DNA of 64,000 nt from a bacterium (GTDB lineage: Bacteria > Bacillota_I > Bacilli_A > RF39 > UBA660): contig CAVLBI010000133.1 of the NCBI GenBank assembly GCA_963661295.1, forward strand, positions 168 through 64,167, written 5' to 3'. Below are positions 48,780 to 58,683 of this stretch, piece after piece; within the stretch, counting starts at the first letter, position 1, and the number at the start of each line of letters is the position of its first letter. The notes beneath the pieces were generated by a model, which had not been told where the DNA came from, did no database searches, and saw only the letters and a program-made list of their open reading frames with translations. The position numbers and the translations under genes were made by a program.

Positions 48780-48855
48780 GCCGACTTAGCACAGCTGGTA
48801 GTGCAACGCACTCGTAACGCGTAGGTCACTGGTTCGAATCCGGTAGTCGGCACCA
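48780..48855 (+). tRNA. tRNA-Thr (anticodon CGT)
   Basis: Manual cloverleaf: acceptor GCCGACT/AGTCGGC, D-arm GCAC-AGCTGGTA-GTGC, anticodon stem ACGCA/CGCGT with loop CTCGTAA, T-arm ACTGG-TTCGAAT-CCGGT, encoded CCA. Confidence 0.85.
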
Positions 48856-48896
48856 TTGATGAATCCGTTCGGACTATTCGAACTTTGATATATAGA

Positions 48897-48923
48897 AATC
48901 AATTGAAATGATTGATTTTTTTG
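48897..48923 (+). terminator. rho-independent terminator after the tRNA pair
   Basis: AATCAATTGAAATGATTGATT hairpin plus T-run. Confidence 0.5.
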
Positions 48924-48956
48924 TTTAGAAAAAAGGAATAAGAAAGATTGGTGTCA

Positions 48957-49142
48957 ATGATAAATATTATCAAAAAAGAAATACAAACACTTATCGATAA
49001 TAATGAAGCCACACAATTAAGAGTTGATACTCTAACTAAAAATAATAAAGTTAAAGATAAACAAATCAAAGATATAAAAGAAGAAAAATTTTCTTTAAGA
49101 CAATTATTATCATTTTGGAAAGATAAACTATTTGGAAAATAA
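48957..49142 (+). CDS. small hypothetical coiled-coil protein
   Basis: 61 aa from ATG 48957. The track ORF starts at TTG 48948. Charged helical composition. Confidence 0.35.
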   Translation: MINIIKKEIQTLIDNNEATQLRVDTLTKNNKVKDKQIKDIKEEKFSLRQLLSFWKDKLFGK

Positions 49143-49320
49143 AAAGAACAAGAAAAATATATAGATATTGCAAAAAAATTGCATTCAAATAAACCTATGG
49201 AAGAATATACGTTTGAAGATTTATAAGATACTTATGAATCTAGTAAAAATCACAATTGTGAGAGAAAATGATGATGTTGAAATGGAAATATGATACAATG
49301 AGCATAGGAGGTGTAAAACT

Positions 49321-49434
49321 ATGGAAAAAAATGAATTTAGTAATGATGAAATCGCAGAATTTTTTGCACAATTTAATAGAGTTAAAACACCAGAAGAAAT
49401 TGAAAAAGCAAAAGTATTTACATATAAGCAATAA
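49321..49434 (+). CDS. small hypothetical protein (37 aa)
   Basis: Strong RBS TAGGAGGTG is 7 nt before the ATG. Sequence MEKNEFSNDEIAEFFAQFNRVKTPEEIEKAKVFTYKQ. A terminator follows immediately. Confidence 0.4.
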   Translation: MEKNEFSNDEIAEFFAQFNRVKTPEEIEKAKVFTYKQ

Positions 49435-49456
49435 TTTACAGTTATTGCTTTTTTTA
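49428..49456 (+). terminator. rho-independent terminator
   Basis: GCAATAATTTACAGTTATTGC plus T7. Confidence 0.5.
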
Positions 49457-49493
49457 TGCAGAAAATGTCAATATACGTGTTATAATATAATAG

Positions 49494-50279
49494 GTGAAGA
49501 ATATGAATAGTAGAATACTTTTTATGATTTTAAATGGAGAGGTACAGTATTTACAAAACACAAATATGGATCATCGTGAATGGTTCTTATCATTGGGTGG
49601 TAAACCAGAAGAGTATGATAATTTAGTAAGAGGTTTTATAATGGATAATAAAATTTTATTCTTCAAGGGACCAGAATTTAAATATGACAATGAAGTCTAT
49701 AATAATGCTAGAAAATTTGCTAAAAGTATGCGTCAAGCATTAAATAATAATAGTCTAGTCGTATGTTGTGGAATATTACCAGGACTACCAGGACAAAAAT
49801 GGGAACCTATTTTAATACTTACAGAAGATGAAATTGAAGGATATACTGAACCTATAATAAAAGAACCACAAAAACAAGCAACAAAAGAATTTCATCAAGA
49901 ACCAGTAATAGAATTTAAAAACAACTATGAAGATGAAAAATTTATCAAGACAGCAGTAAATCTAACAGTAGTAGTTTTAGTCCTAACAGTAATATCAAAA
50001 ATATTCTTAATATTAACAAACCATTTAAACACATCATCAATTACAGAAATATTTTTAATATTAATTCAAATAATATCCTTAATTTTAACAATAGTCGGCT
50101 ACAAAAATAAAAAAAGTTATACCAAATATTTATCACTTTTCGCATCAGTCATGATAGTTTTATCATTTGATTTACTAGATGTAATAATAGGAATTATTTA
50201 TTTTATATTTTCTGTAGACCAAGGATATTTCGTTTCTTTAAGCAACTTTATAAAAGAAAAGACAAAAAGGAAAAAGTAA
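49494..50279 (+). CDS. hypothetical membrane protein (soluble N-terminal domain plus 3-4 C-terminal TM segments)
   Basis: 261-aa ORF. TM segments lie in the last ~110 residues. Confidence 0.55.
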   Translation: MKNMNSRILFMILNGEVQYLQNTNMDHREWFLSLGGKPEEYDNLVRGFIMDNKILFFKGPEFKYDNEVYNNARKFAKSMRQALNNNSLVVCCGILPGLPGQKWEPILILTEDEIEGYTEPIIKEPQKQATKEFHQEPVIEFKNNYEDEKFIKTAVNLTVVVLVLTVISKIFLILTNHLNTSSITEIFLILIQIISLILTIVGYKNKKSYTKYLSLFASVMIVLSFDLLDVIIGIIYFIFSVDQGYFVSLSNFIKEKTKRKK

Positions 50280-50293
50280 GGAGTAATAGTAGT

Positions 50294-50872
50294 ATGAATG
50301 AATTAGAAAAAGCAAAGAATGGTGAATTTTATAATCCAAATTATGATGAAGACTTAATATTAAAAAGAACTAGAATGCAAGATTTATGTTTCACATATAA
50401 TAATCTTTTGCCATCAATGATAGAAGAGAGAAAAGACCTAATAAAAGAAATGATCAATACATGTGATAGTAATTTTTTATTAGAACAACCCATACATATA
50501 GATTATGGAGATAATGTAAAAATTGGTAAGAATTTTTATTCTAATTATAACCTAACAATATTAGATGGTGTCTCAGTAACATTTGGAGATAATTGTTTCG
50601 TAGGACCAAATTGTTCATTCTATACAGCAATACATCCACTTGATTACAATCTAAGAAATCAAGGATTAGAAAAAGCAAAACCAATAACAGTAGGAGATAA
50701 TTGTTGGTTTGGAGGAGGGGTAACAGTTCTACCAGGAGTTACAATTGGTTCCAATTGCGTAATAGGAGCAGGAAGTGTAGTAACAAAAAATGTTCCAGAT
50801 AATGTAGTAGTAGCTGGTAATCCTGCTAAAATAATAAAATCTATAGAAGAGGGGATAAAAAATGAAAGATAA
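50294..50872 (+). CDS. sugar O-acetyltransferase (maltose/galactoside acetyltransferase-like, hexapeptide repeat)
   Basis: Left-handed beta-helix hexapeptide repeats (IGKNFYSNYNLTILDGVSVTFGDNCFVGPN...). Confidence 0.8.
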   Translation: MNELEKAKNGEFYNPNYDEDLILKRTRMQDLCFTYNNLLPSMIEERKDLIKEMINTCDSNFLLEQPIHIDYGDNVKIGKNFYSNYNLTILDGVSVTFGDNCFVGPNCSFYTAIHPLDYNLRNQGLEKAKPITVGDNCWFGGGVTVLPGVTIGSNCVIGAGSVVTKNVPDNVVVAGNPAKIIKSIEEGIKNER

Positions 50873-53489
50873 TAGATATTATGCTTATACAGAAGATGAA
50901 ATATTCAAGAAATTTCAAACTTCAATCTATGGACTTACAACAAAAGAAGCACAAAAAAGAATTGCAAAGAATGGTCTTAATGAATTACCTAAAAAGAAAC
51001 CAGATAGCATCTTAAAGATATTTATAAATGAACTACTAGACCCAATCGTTTTATTGTTAATTGTAGCAATCATCGCATCAATTATCGTTGGAGAATATGT
51101 AGATGCTGGAGCAATAACATTCATAATATTAGTTGACTTAATAATGGGAACATTTCAAGAAAAGAAAGCTAACACTACAGCTGAGTCATTATCATCACTT
51201 GTCAAAGAAAAAGTAAAAGTACAAAGAGATGGTAAAGAAATATTAATAGACTCTAGTGAATTAACACTAGGAGATTTAGTATATTTAGAGTCAGGTGATA
51301 AAATATCAGCAGACTTAAGAATTGTAGAATCACACAACTTCACAGTAGATGAGTCAATCTTAACTGGAGAAAGTATTGCAGTAGAAAAAAAAAGTAAACA
51401 AAAAAGAAATAAAGACTTATCAATTAATGAACAAGATAATATGCTATTTGCAGGAACTAGTGTAGTAACAGGAAGAGCAAAAGCAATTGTTGTAAGAATT
51501 GCCCTAAATACTGAAATAGGAAAAATTGCTCATACAATAAATGAAACAAAAGAAGAAAAATCTCCTCTAACAATTAGAGTAGAAAAATTCTCAAAACAAA
51601 TAACAATTTTAATAGTAATAATTTCAATATTAATAACAATCTTACTATCAACAAAAGGTCTACCATTAAATGAAATATTATTATCAGTAATAGCACTTGC
51701 AGTATCTGCAATGCCTGAAGGTTTACCACTAGCACTAACAATGGCCTTAACAATTGCTTCAAATAAAATGGCTAAACATAAAGTAGTTGCTAAAAAACTA
51801 TATTCAATCGAATCATTAGGAAGTTGTACAGTAATAGCAAGTGATAAAACAGGAACCCTTACAGTAAATGAACAAACAGCTAAGAAAATTATTCTTCCAA
51901 ACGGAAATGAGTATGCAATATCAGGTGTTGGTTATAATACTAAAGGAGAAATAGCCGGAAAAGATATAAAATACGCTCAAGAAATAGCTCTTCTAGGTCA
52001 AATAAACAATGAAGCAAAATTTTCAAAAAAAGAACATATTGGAGACTCAATAGATATAGCTTTCCTAGTTCTAGGAGAAAAAGCTAAGACAAGTATAGAT
52101 GATATTGAAATATTAGAAACAATACCATATGAATCAGCAAATAAATATTCTGCTGTATTTTATAAGAAAAACAACGAAACATTTTGTACTATAAAAGGAT
52201 CTCTTGAAGTAGTAACAGAATTTTGTAATAAAACAAACTTCAGAAAAACAAAAAACACAAAATTATTAGAAGAACAAAATGAGTCACTAGCAAAAGATGG
52301 ATACCGAGTAATTGCTCTTGCTAATGGAAAAATAGAAGAAAAAGAAACATATACTGAGAAAGATATAAAAGATTTAACATTTATGGGTATGGTAGGCTTC
52401 ATTGATCCAATTAGAAAAGAAGTAATTCCAGCAATTAATAAATGTAGAACTGCTGGTATAAAAGTGCTTATGATTACAGGAGATCACCCTCTAACTGCAT
52501 TTAAAATAGCCAAAGATTTAAAATTAACTAGAGACTACAGTGATGTAACAACAGGAAAAGAAGTAGATGAATATCTAAAGAAAAGTGAAAAAGAATTTGA
52601 TGAATTCATAAAAACAAAAATAATTTATACAAGGGTAACACCAATTCAAAAATTAAAAATAGTTGAGTCTTTAAAAAGACAAGGAGAATTTGTTGCTGTA
52701 ACAGGAGATGGAGTAAATGATGCTCCAGCATTACGAGCAGCAAATATTGGTATTGCCATGGGAAGTGGAACAGATATAGCTAGAGAAACTTCTAAAATGA
52801 TTGTATTAGATGATAATTTTAAATCAATTGTTCATGGAGTATCAGAAGGAAGAGTTGCCTACGCAAACATAAGAAAAATAATATACTTTTTAATATCATG
52901 TGGCTTAGCAGAAGTCTTGTTCTTCTGTTTATCAATATTACTTGATATGCCAATGCCACTAGTTGCAATCCAACTTCTATGGTTAAATGTTGTAACAGAT
53001 GGTATGCAAGACTTTGCACTATCATTTGAAAAAGCCGAAAAAAATATTATGAATGAAAAACCAAGAAGTCCAAAAGAAAGTTTATTTGATAAAGACTTAT
53101 TAGAAGAAATATTAATTTCAGGTATTTCAATAGGAATAATTGTATTTGCAGTATGGTATTATTTATTAAACGTAGTACATATGGAAACAACTACGGCTAG
53201 AGGATATGTAATGGCATTAATGATAATTATCCAAAATATTCATGCAATTAATTGTAGAAGTGAGAAAAAGAGTGCCTTCACAATTCCATTAGGAAGCAAT
53301 CTAGTATTCTTATTTGGAGTATTAGGTTCACTAATTCTTGGAGTAGCAGTTCTTGAAGTAGAACCATTAAATACAATATTAAAAACATCAAGTATTCCAG
53401 CAGGACATTTAGTAGGCTTATTAAGTTTAGGTTTTGTTATATTAGTAATTATGGAATTGTATAAAAAAATTAAATATAATAATGATTAA
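50862..53489 (+). CDS. P-type cation-transporting ATPase (Ca2+/P2-type)
   Basis: DKTGTLT phosphorylation site. TGDGVNDAPAL hinge. 10 TM segments. Confidence 0.9.
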   Translation: MKDNRYYAYTEDEIFKKFQTSIYGLTTKEAQKRIAKNGLNELPKKKPDSILKIFINELLDPIVLLLIVAIIASIIVGEYVDAGAITFIILVDLIMGTFQEKKANTTAESLSSLVKEKVKVQRDGKEILIDSSELTLGDLVYLESGDKISADLRIVESHNFTVDESILTGESIAVEKKSKQKRNKDLSINEQDNMLFAGTSVVTGRAKAIVVRIALNTEIGKIAHTINETKEEKSPLTIRVEKFSKQITILIVIISILITILLSTKGLPLNEILLSVIALAVSAMPEGLPLALTMALTIASNKMAKHKVVAKKLYSIESLGSCTVIASDKTGTLTVNEQTAKKIILPNGNEYAISGVGYNTKGEIAGKDIKYAQEIALLGQINNEAKFSKKEHIGDSIDIAFLVLGEKAKTSIDDIEILETIPYESANKYSAVFYKKNNETFCTIKGSLEVVTEFCNKTNFRKTKNTKLLEEQNESLAKDGYRVIALANGKIEEKETYTEKDIKDLTFMGMVGFIDPIRKEVIPAINKCRTAGIKVLMITGDHPLTAFKIAKDLKLTRDYSDVTTGKEVDEYLKKSEKEFDEFIKTKIIYTRVTPIQKLKIVESLKRQGEFVAVTGDGVNDAPALRAANIGIAMGSGTDIARETSKMIVLDDNFKSIVHGVSEGRVAYANIRKIIYFLISCGLAEVLFFCLSILLDMPMPLVAIQLLWLNVVTDGMQDFALSFEKAEKNIMNEKPRSPKESLFDKDLLEEILISGISIGIIVFAVWYYLLNVVHMETTTARGYVMALMIIIQNIHAINCRSEKKSAFTIPLGSNLVFLFGVLGSLILGVAVLEVEPLNTILKTSSIPAGHLVGLLSLGFVILVIMELYKKIKYNND

Positions 53490-53516
53490 GCTTATGATAT
53501 AATAAAGACATAGGGA

Positions 53517-55514
53517 GTGATTGAAGTGATAAAAACATCCATTGATATTAATGAAATAAATAAACAAAAAATAATAGATCAAATAAGATGTCTTGCAATA
53601 GACATGATTGATAATGCAAATAGTGGTCATCCAGGAATAGTCCTAGATGCTGCGCCAATGATGTATGCTTTATACGCAAATCATATGAATATTGATCCAA
53701 AGAACCCAACTCTTTTTAATAGAGATAGATTTGTAATGAGTGCAGGACATGGTTCAGCATTATTATATGCAACCCTTTATATGGCAGGTTATGATTTAAC
53801 AATAGATGATTTAAAATCATTTAGACAGATAGAATCAATTACACCAGGCCACCCTGAATATGGTGTAACACCAGGAGTTGATACAACAACAGGACCTCTT
53901 GGTCAAGGCATTGCAACAGCAGTAGGTATGGCAATTGCTGAAGCACATTTAGCAAAAAAATATAATTCAAAAAAAGATATAATCAATCACTATACATATG
54001 TATTAGCAGGTGATGGAGACTTAATGGAAGGGATTTCCTATGAAGCTGCATCTCTTGCTGGAACATTAAAATTAAATAAATTAATAGTACTATATGATTC
54101 AAATGATATATGTCTAGATGGTAAAACAAATAAAACATTCATAGACAACGTTCCAATGCGCTTTATCTCAATGGGCTGGAACGTACTAACAGTAGTAGAT
54201 GGTGAAGACTACGAACAAATATCAAAAACAATTGCTGAGGCAAAAACATCAGTAGATAAACCAACACTAATTCAAATAAAAACAACTATTGGTAAATACT
54301 CAGAATTAGAAGGAACAAATAAAGTTCATGGAAAACCATTAACAAAAGAAGATATAAGTAAAATAAAAGAAAAATTAAATGTAAGAGACATACCTTTTCA
54401 AGTGTCTCAGTCAACAATAGATGAATTCCAGTATGTAATAAATAATCGTTGTAAGAAGATTAGTGAGAAATTTGAAAAATCTTTAGAATCATTATCAGAA
54501 GAAGAACAAAATGAATTAAAGACATTTATGAATAATGATAAAACTATAGATATAAAAGATTTTGTTTATGATACTCCAGAATCATTGGAAGAGTCACCAA
54601 GAGATGCATCATCTAAAATATTAAATGCTATAGTAAAGAAAACTCCATTTGTTATCGGTGGATCTGCCGATCTATTTGGAGCTAATAAAACATATGTTGA
54701 CGAAGTAGGAGATTTTTCAAGCGAAGACTATTCTGGAAAGAACATCTTCTTTGGAGTAAGAGAACATGCTATGGGTGCAATCATTAATGGACTTGCCTTA
54801 TCTGGATTTAGACCATATGCCTCAACTTTCTTATCATTCTCAGATTATTTAAAGCCAGCAATTCGCTTAGGCTGTATGATGAATCTACCAAATGTTTACA
54901 TATTTACTCATGATTCAATAAGTGTCGGTGAAGATGGTCCAACACACCAACCAGTAGAACAATTATTAGCACTTAGAACTATGCCTAATATGGAAGTATT
55001 TAGACCAGCTGATACCAATGAAGTAATTGGATCATACAGAACAATCTTTAGTCAGATAAATTCACCCGCAACAATTGCACTTTCACGAAATAAGCTTCCA
55101 ATACTTGAGTATACAAAAGCAAATATGGTAGAAAAGGGCGGATATGTTGTAGTTGACCCAATGAAAAAGCCACAAGCAATAGTAATATCATGTGGTGAAG
55201 AACTACATCAAGTAATAAAAGTCGCAACAAACTTAAAGACAAAAGGAATAGACATTAGAGTGGTTTCAATGCCAAACTTAGAAAGCTTCTTAAGACAAGA
55301 TGAAGACTACATTGAAAGTGTTTTACCTGTAGAAATAAAGAAAATTGCAGTAGAAACAACACCAGAATACGCATGGAATAAAATAATATTTAATAGTAAA
55401 TATATAATTTCTCAAAATGAATATGGTGCAAGTGGAAAATATCAAGACGTATATAAAAAATTCGGTTTTGATGAAGCGTCTCTAGAAGAAAAAATAGAAA
55501 ATTTACTAAAATAA
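53517..55514 (+). CDS. tkt: transketolase
   Basis: Thiamine-diphosphate binding motifs NSGHPG, GDGDLMEG and a transketolase C-terminal domain. The alternative start is GTG 53526. Confidence 0.9.
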   Translation: MIEVIKTSIDINEINKQKIIDQIRCLAIDMIDNANSGHPGIVLDAAPMMYALYANHMNIDPKNPTLFNRDRFVMSAGHGSALLYATLYMAGYDLTIDDLKSFRQIESITPGHPEYGVTPGVDTTTGPLGQGIATAVGMAIAEAHLAKKYNSKKDIINHYTYVLAGDGDLMEGISYEAASLAGTLKLNKLIVLYDSNDICLDGKTNKTFIDNVPMRFISMGWNVLTVVDGEDYEQISKTIAEAKTSVDKPTLIQIKTTIGKYSELEGTNKVHGKPLTKEDISKIKEKLNVRDIPFQVSQSTIDEFQYVINNRCKKISEKFEKSLESLSEEEQNELKTFMNNDKTIDIKDFVYDTPESLEESPRDASSKILNAIVKKTPFVIGGSADLFGANKTYVDEVGDFSSEDYSGKNIFFGVREHAMGAIINGLALSGFRPYASTFLSFSDYLKPAIRLGCMMNLPNVYIFTHDSISVGEDGPTHQPVEQLLALRTMPNMEVFRPADTNEVIGSYRTIFSQINSPATIALSRNKLPILEYTKANMVEKGGYVVVDPMKKPQAIVISCGEELHQVIKVATNLKTKGIDIRVVSMPNLESFLRQDEDYIESVLPVEIKKIAVETTPEYAWNKIIFNSKYIISQNEYGASGKYQDVYKKFGFDEASLEEKIENLLK

Positions 55515-55560
55515 TACAAAAATAGACTTATCATTCTGTTACCATTATCTTGGTGATAAA

Positions 55561-55995
55561 ATGAAAGTCTATTATATTTTTAATGTAAAAAAAGAATTTA
55601 TAAAATTATACAGTGATACTCCAAGTGTATTATATAACATACTAAAAACGATATTTTATCTTGATAAAGAAGAAGTAGAATATGGTTATAATCTCTTTAG
55701 CCAATTAATAATACCTTTCAAAAAAGATGAAATGGATAAAAACCTATTTATAAAACTTCATCAAGATATACCATACTCAAAAAGAAAAAACACTCATTAT
55801 ATAAACAATTTATATTTAAATGAAATAAGTAGATTAGATGTAAATAATTATTATTTAAAACTAGAAGTAGAACAGAATTTTTCTAGTTTTTTTAAAATAC
55901 TAAATAGAGAAAACAAAAATTTATTCGTTTGCTGTTTCAAAAATACTGATTTCTTCTTTCTAAATGATTACTTACTGAAACAATTGCAAGATTAA
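55561..55995 (+). CDS. SirA-like (YneE/DUF2522) protein
   Basis: MKVYYIFNVKKEFIKLY matches the N-terminal YYxYLIKEEF block of SirA. It is located immediately after tkt, as yneE is in Bacillus. Confidence 0.5.
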   Translation: MKVYYIFNVKKEFIKLYSDTPSVLYNILKTIFYLDKEEVEYGYNLFSQLIIPFKKDEMDKNLFIKLHQDIPYSKRKNTHYINNLYLNEISRLDVNNYYLKLEVEQNFSSFFKILNRENKNLFVCCFKNTDFFFLNDYLLKQLQD

Positions 55996-56530
55996 TATAA
56001 AAATAATCGTTAAATTCTAAATAAAGTGCACAATTAAGTGCATTACGACCAAAAATGTGTATTTTCATAAGAAAATGCACATTTTTTTTGTCGCTAAAAT
56101 AATTTAATATGTAAAAAAATAAAAGAATGTGGTATATTATATTGCGACAAGGAACTTTAGTTCCACGTCAAAAAGTGTAGGAATTATATCATTTTTAAAA
56201 GTAAATGCACAATGCCTACATTATTTAAATTATATGGCTTTGGCAATTTGTTTGTCATATGAATAATTATAGTTCGTGGCTATAATTATTTTTATTTTAA
56301 TAAATTATTTGTTAAATCAACATTATCTGGTTCAATATAATAACAATTAAATAATTTCAATATATTTTCATCACATAAGAATAACATTGCTTCATAAGGT
56401 GATTTACCATTTAAGGATTCTCTACATAATGAATTAATATTATTTATAATTAAATTACAGTCTTCTTGAGTAATATTTTTGAAAGAAGAACCTTTAGGTA
56501 AAATATATCTAATAAATTCATGAGTTTACA

Positions 56531-56971
56531 TTGGCTAATGATAAATATAATATGTATACACCAGGAACATATGTAAATATAGTTGAGTATACAACAAACT
56601 TATTAACATATTTAACTAATACATATGAAAATTTAAATGAATTAACATTTATAACCGAAAATGAAGAAGAATTAACACCTGCTGAAACAATGGAAAGAGC
56701 ATTCGCATACTGCTCTCAAGGAGGCGGAATGAGTATTGGAGAAGAATATTCAGAGCTTTTCAGAAATAAAGGTAAAGAAGTACAATATGCAGATTTAAAT
56801 AAAATATATGATTCAAAAGCAACAAAATCTTATAATAAAGAAAAAACTAAATTAAAAAAAGGCTTATACATGAATAAAGAATTAATAGAAGAATTCTTTA
56901 AAAGATTAAAAGTCAGAATTATAGTAAATAAAAATCAAGATACTACAGGTGTCGGACAAATGGGGAGATAA
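56531..56971 (+). CDS. hypothetical protein, a truncated paralog of the C-terminal domain of the 57124..58683 product (possible gene fragment)
   Basis: TTG start with no SD. Aligns to the last ~145 aa of the downstream ORF: PGTYVNIVEY/AGTYVNFNEF, AFAYCSQGG/AFEYCMKNGN, tail LKVRIIVNKNQDTTGVGQMGR/LKVRIKVNENQDTTGVGQMRR. Confidence 0.4.
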   Translation: MANDKYNMYTPGTYVNIVEYTTNLLTYLTNTYENLNELTFITENEEELTPAETMERAFAYCSQGGGMSIGEEYSELFRNKGKEVQYADLNKIYDSKATKSYNKEKTKLKKGLYMNKELIEEFFKRLKVRIIVNKNQDTTGVGQMGR

Positions 56972-56986
56972 TCCTCATTTTTTTAT
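56959..56986 (+). terminator. rho-independent terminator (copy 1 of a duplicated terminator)
   Basis: ATGGGGAGATAATCCTCAT hairpin spans the stop codon and is followed by T7. Confidence 0.5.
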
Positions 56987-57037
56987 AGAAAAAGCAAAAA
57001 AGGCATAAATGAATTTTATAGTAAAGAAAACTTTTAT

Positions 57038-57066
57038 TTGACAATTTTATATATATTTGATATAAT
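57038..57066 (+). promoter_or_regulatory. near-consensus sigma-A promoter (TTGACA-17-TATAAT with TG extension)
   Basis: TTGACA at 57038..57043, a 17-nt spacer ending TGA, and TATAAT at 57061..57066, about 58 nt upstream of ATG 57124. Confidence 0.6.
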
Positions 57067-57123
57067 ATAGAACGTTTAAGGCCGAGGGGTCTTGAATCGA
57101 AAACAAAAATAGAAGGGAATTTT

Positions 57124-58683
57124 ATGAGACAAGAACAAGAAACAATAAAACAAAATGAAAGGAATTTATTTTTTAGGGATAAAGAAAATGATAAAATTAA
57201 ATCAACACCTATACTTATTTCTAAAGATGGAGAGGATATTGAAAATTCAAATCGTATAAAAATTAAAATTTATGACGCAACTCTTCAAAATAAAATAGGA
57301 CAAATATGTATATATAAAAATAATAGCGATATGATTTCGTTAACTACATCAGATAAATTTGAAATATCATTTGAAACGTATTTTGATTTATTAGAGGTAT
57401 TATCTAATTATTATGCTGACTCTAATCATACAAAAATAATAATTAACACTAAATCAGCAAGTGCTGAAGAATTAAAAAATTACTTAAAGAAACATATAAA
57501 TGATAAAACAATTAATCATTGTCAACTATATAGAAATAATAGGCAAGTGGAAGATTATGATGATCTTGAAGGAGAAACTCATTTGTATATTAATAATCAA
57601 GATAAAAGAGCATATATAAAAATACCATATGATATTAAGACTAGAACAATTATAAAAGACCAATTAGAAGAAACTGCAAAACATCTTCAAAGGTGTATTA
57701 GAAATGATGAATATGAAATATATGCAATAAATAATGCCAACGAAGTATATGGAAAATTAACTTTAGATAAGTTGCTTGGAAATGAGAAAATCACAGATAA
57801 AGATTTAGGGATATATGAGTATCGCTCATATGACTATAAATATGTAGTTAATAAAATGAATCAACAAATTAGTATTCAAATGATTAAAGATGAACGAAAC
57901 TATGATTTTGCCACTAAATTATTAATAGATTTTATAGTAAGGGAAGCAGGTAAATTCAATCATTATTCTTATATAGATTTTAATGAATTTCCAATTCCAA
58001 AATTAAGAGATTTTTATTTTGATAATGGTAAAGAAAAAATGATTACAACAATAAAACTACTAATAAAAGACAAAGAAAAAGATATGTTTATTGAAGGACC
58101 TATAAATACGGAATTATTAGATAGTCAAAATGCAATAGTTATAACAAAAGAAGACGAAACAGATGATATGTCATTAACAACAAGTCCAACTTTAAGATAT
58201 ATTTATGATGCAAAAAATAGAGAAAATGTATTTATGGGAGAAACTCGTAAATTCAAAGACAAAGCTGGAACATATGTAAATTTCAATGAATTTCTTGAAA
58301 GATATAACGCTATTCTTATGTGTATGTATGGAATTGATGATTTAGATAAAATAACATTTATTTCAAATACAAATAAAATATTAAAATATGACAAAGCGAT
58401 GAAAATAGCATTTGAATATTGTATGAAAAATGGAAACATATTTTGTGTAGGAAAAGAAATACGTTCGGCTTTATCATCTAAAAAGAATGAAGATATAACA
58501 TATGAAGATGTTAAAGATTTATATGATGGTTCATCAGATTCATATAAACAAGGCAGAGTTGAATTAAAACGAGGTATTTATATAGAAAAAGAAATGTTAG
58601 AGAAAGTTCTTAAGTTCTTAAAAGTAAGAATTAAAGTAAATGAAAATCAAGATACAACAGGTGTTGGACAAATGAGGAGATAA
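57124..58683 (+). CDS. hypothetical 519-aa cytoplasmic protein of unknown family
   Basis: Long ORF with no TM segment, Walker motif or other recognised motif. Its C-terminal ~145 aa is paralogous to the 56531..56971 product. Confidence 0.7.
   Translation: MRQEQETIKQNERNLFFRDKENDKIKSTPILISKDGEDIENSNRIKIKIYDATLQNKIGQICIYKNNSDMISLTTSDKFEISFETYFDLLEVLSNYYADSNHTKIIINTKSASAEELKNYLKKHINDKTINHCQLYRNNRQVEDYDDLEGETHLYINNQDKRAYIKIPYDIKTRTIIKDQLEETAKHLQRCIRNDEYEIYAINNANEVYGKLTLDKLLGNEKITDKDLGIYEYRSYDYKYVVNKMNQQISIQMIKDERNYDFATKLLIDFIVREAGKFNHYSYIDFNEFPIPKLRDFYFDNGKEKMITTIKLLIKDKEKDMFIEGPINTELLDSQNAIVITKEDETDDMSLTTSPTLRYIYDAKNRENVFMGETRKFKDKAGTYVNFNEFLERYNAILMCMYGIDDLDKITFISNTNKILKYDKAMKIAFEYCMKNGNIFCVGKEIRSALSSKKNEDITYEDVKDLYDGSSDSYKQGRVELKRGIYIEKEMLEKVLKFLKVRIKVNENQDTTGVGQMRR

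Noticed and set aside
48856-48895. A possible third, partial tRNA-like element after tRNA-Thr (CCGTTCGGACTATTCGAAC)
   Set aside because: It forms only a short hairpin (GTTCG/CGAAC). It has no acceptor or anticodon arms and is not a duplicate of the tRNA-Thr 3' end. It is probably part of the terminator region.
49268-49510. The 80-aa + strand ORF in the ORF track (MMMLKWKYDTMSIGG...)
   Set aside because: It has a low-complexity translation and no RBS. It runs straight through a strong terminator hairpin (49428..49456) and overlaps a far better-signalled 37-aa ORF (49321..49434) and the start of the next gene.
48856-50290. A prophage or integrative element inserted at tRNA-Thr
   Set aside because: No integrase, recombinase, phage structural gene or direct repeat of the tRNA 3' end could be found. 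Only small hypothetical genes are present.
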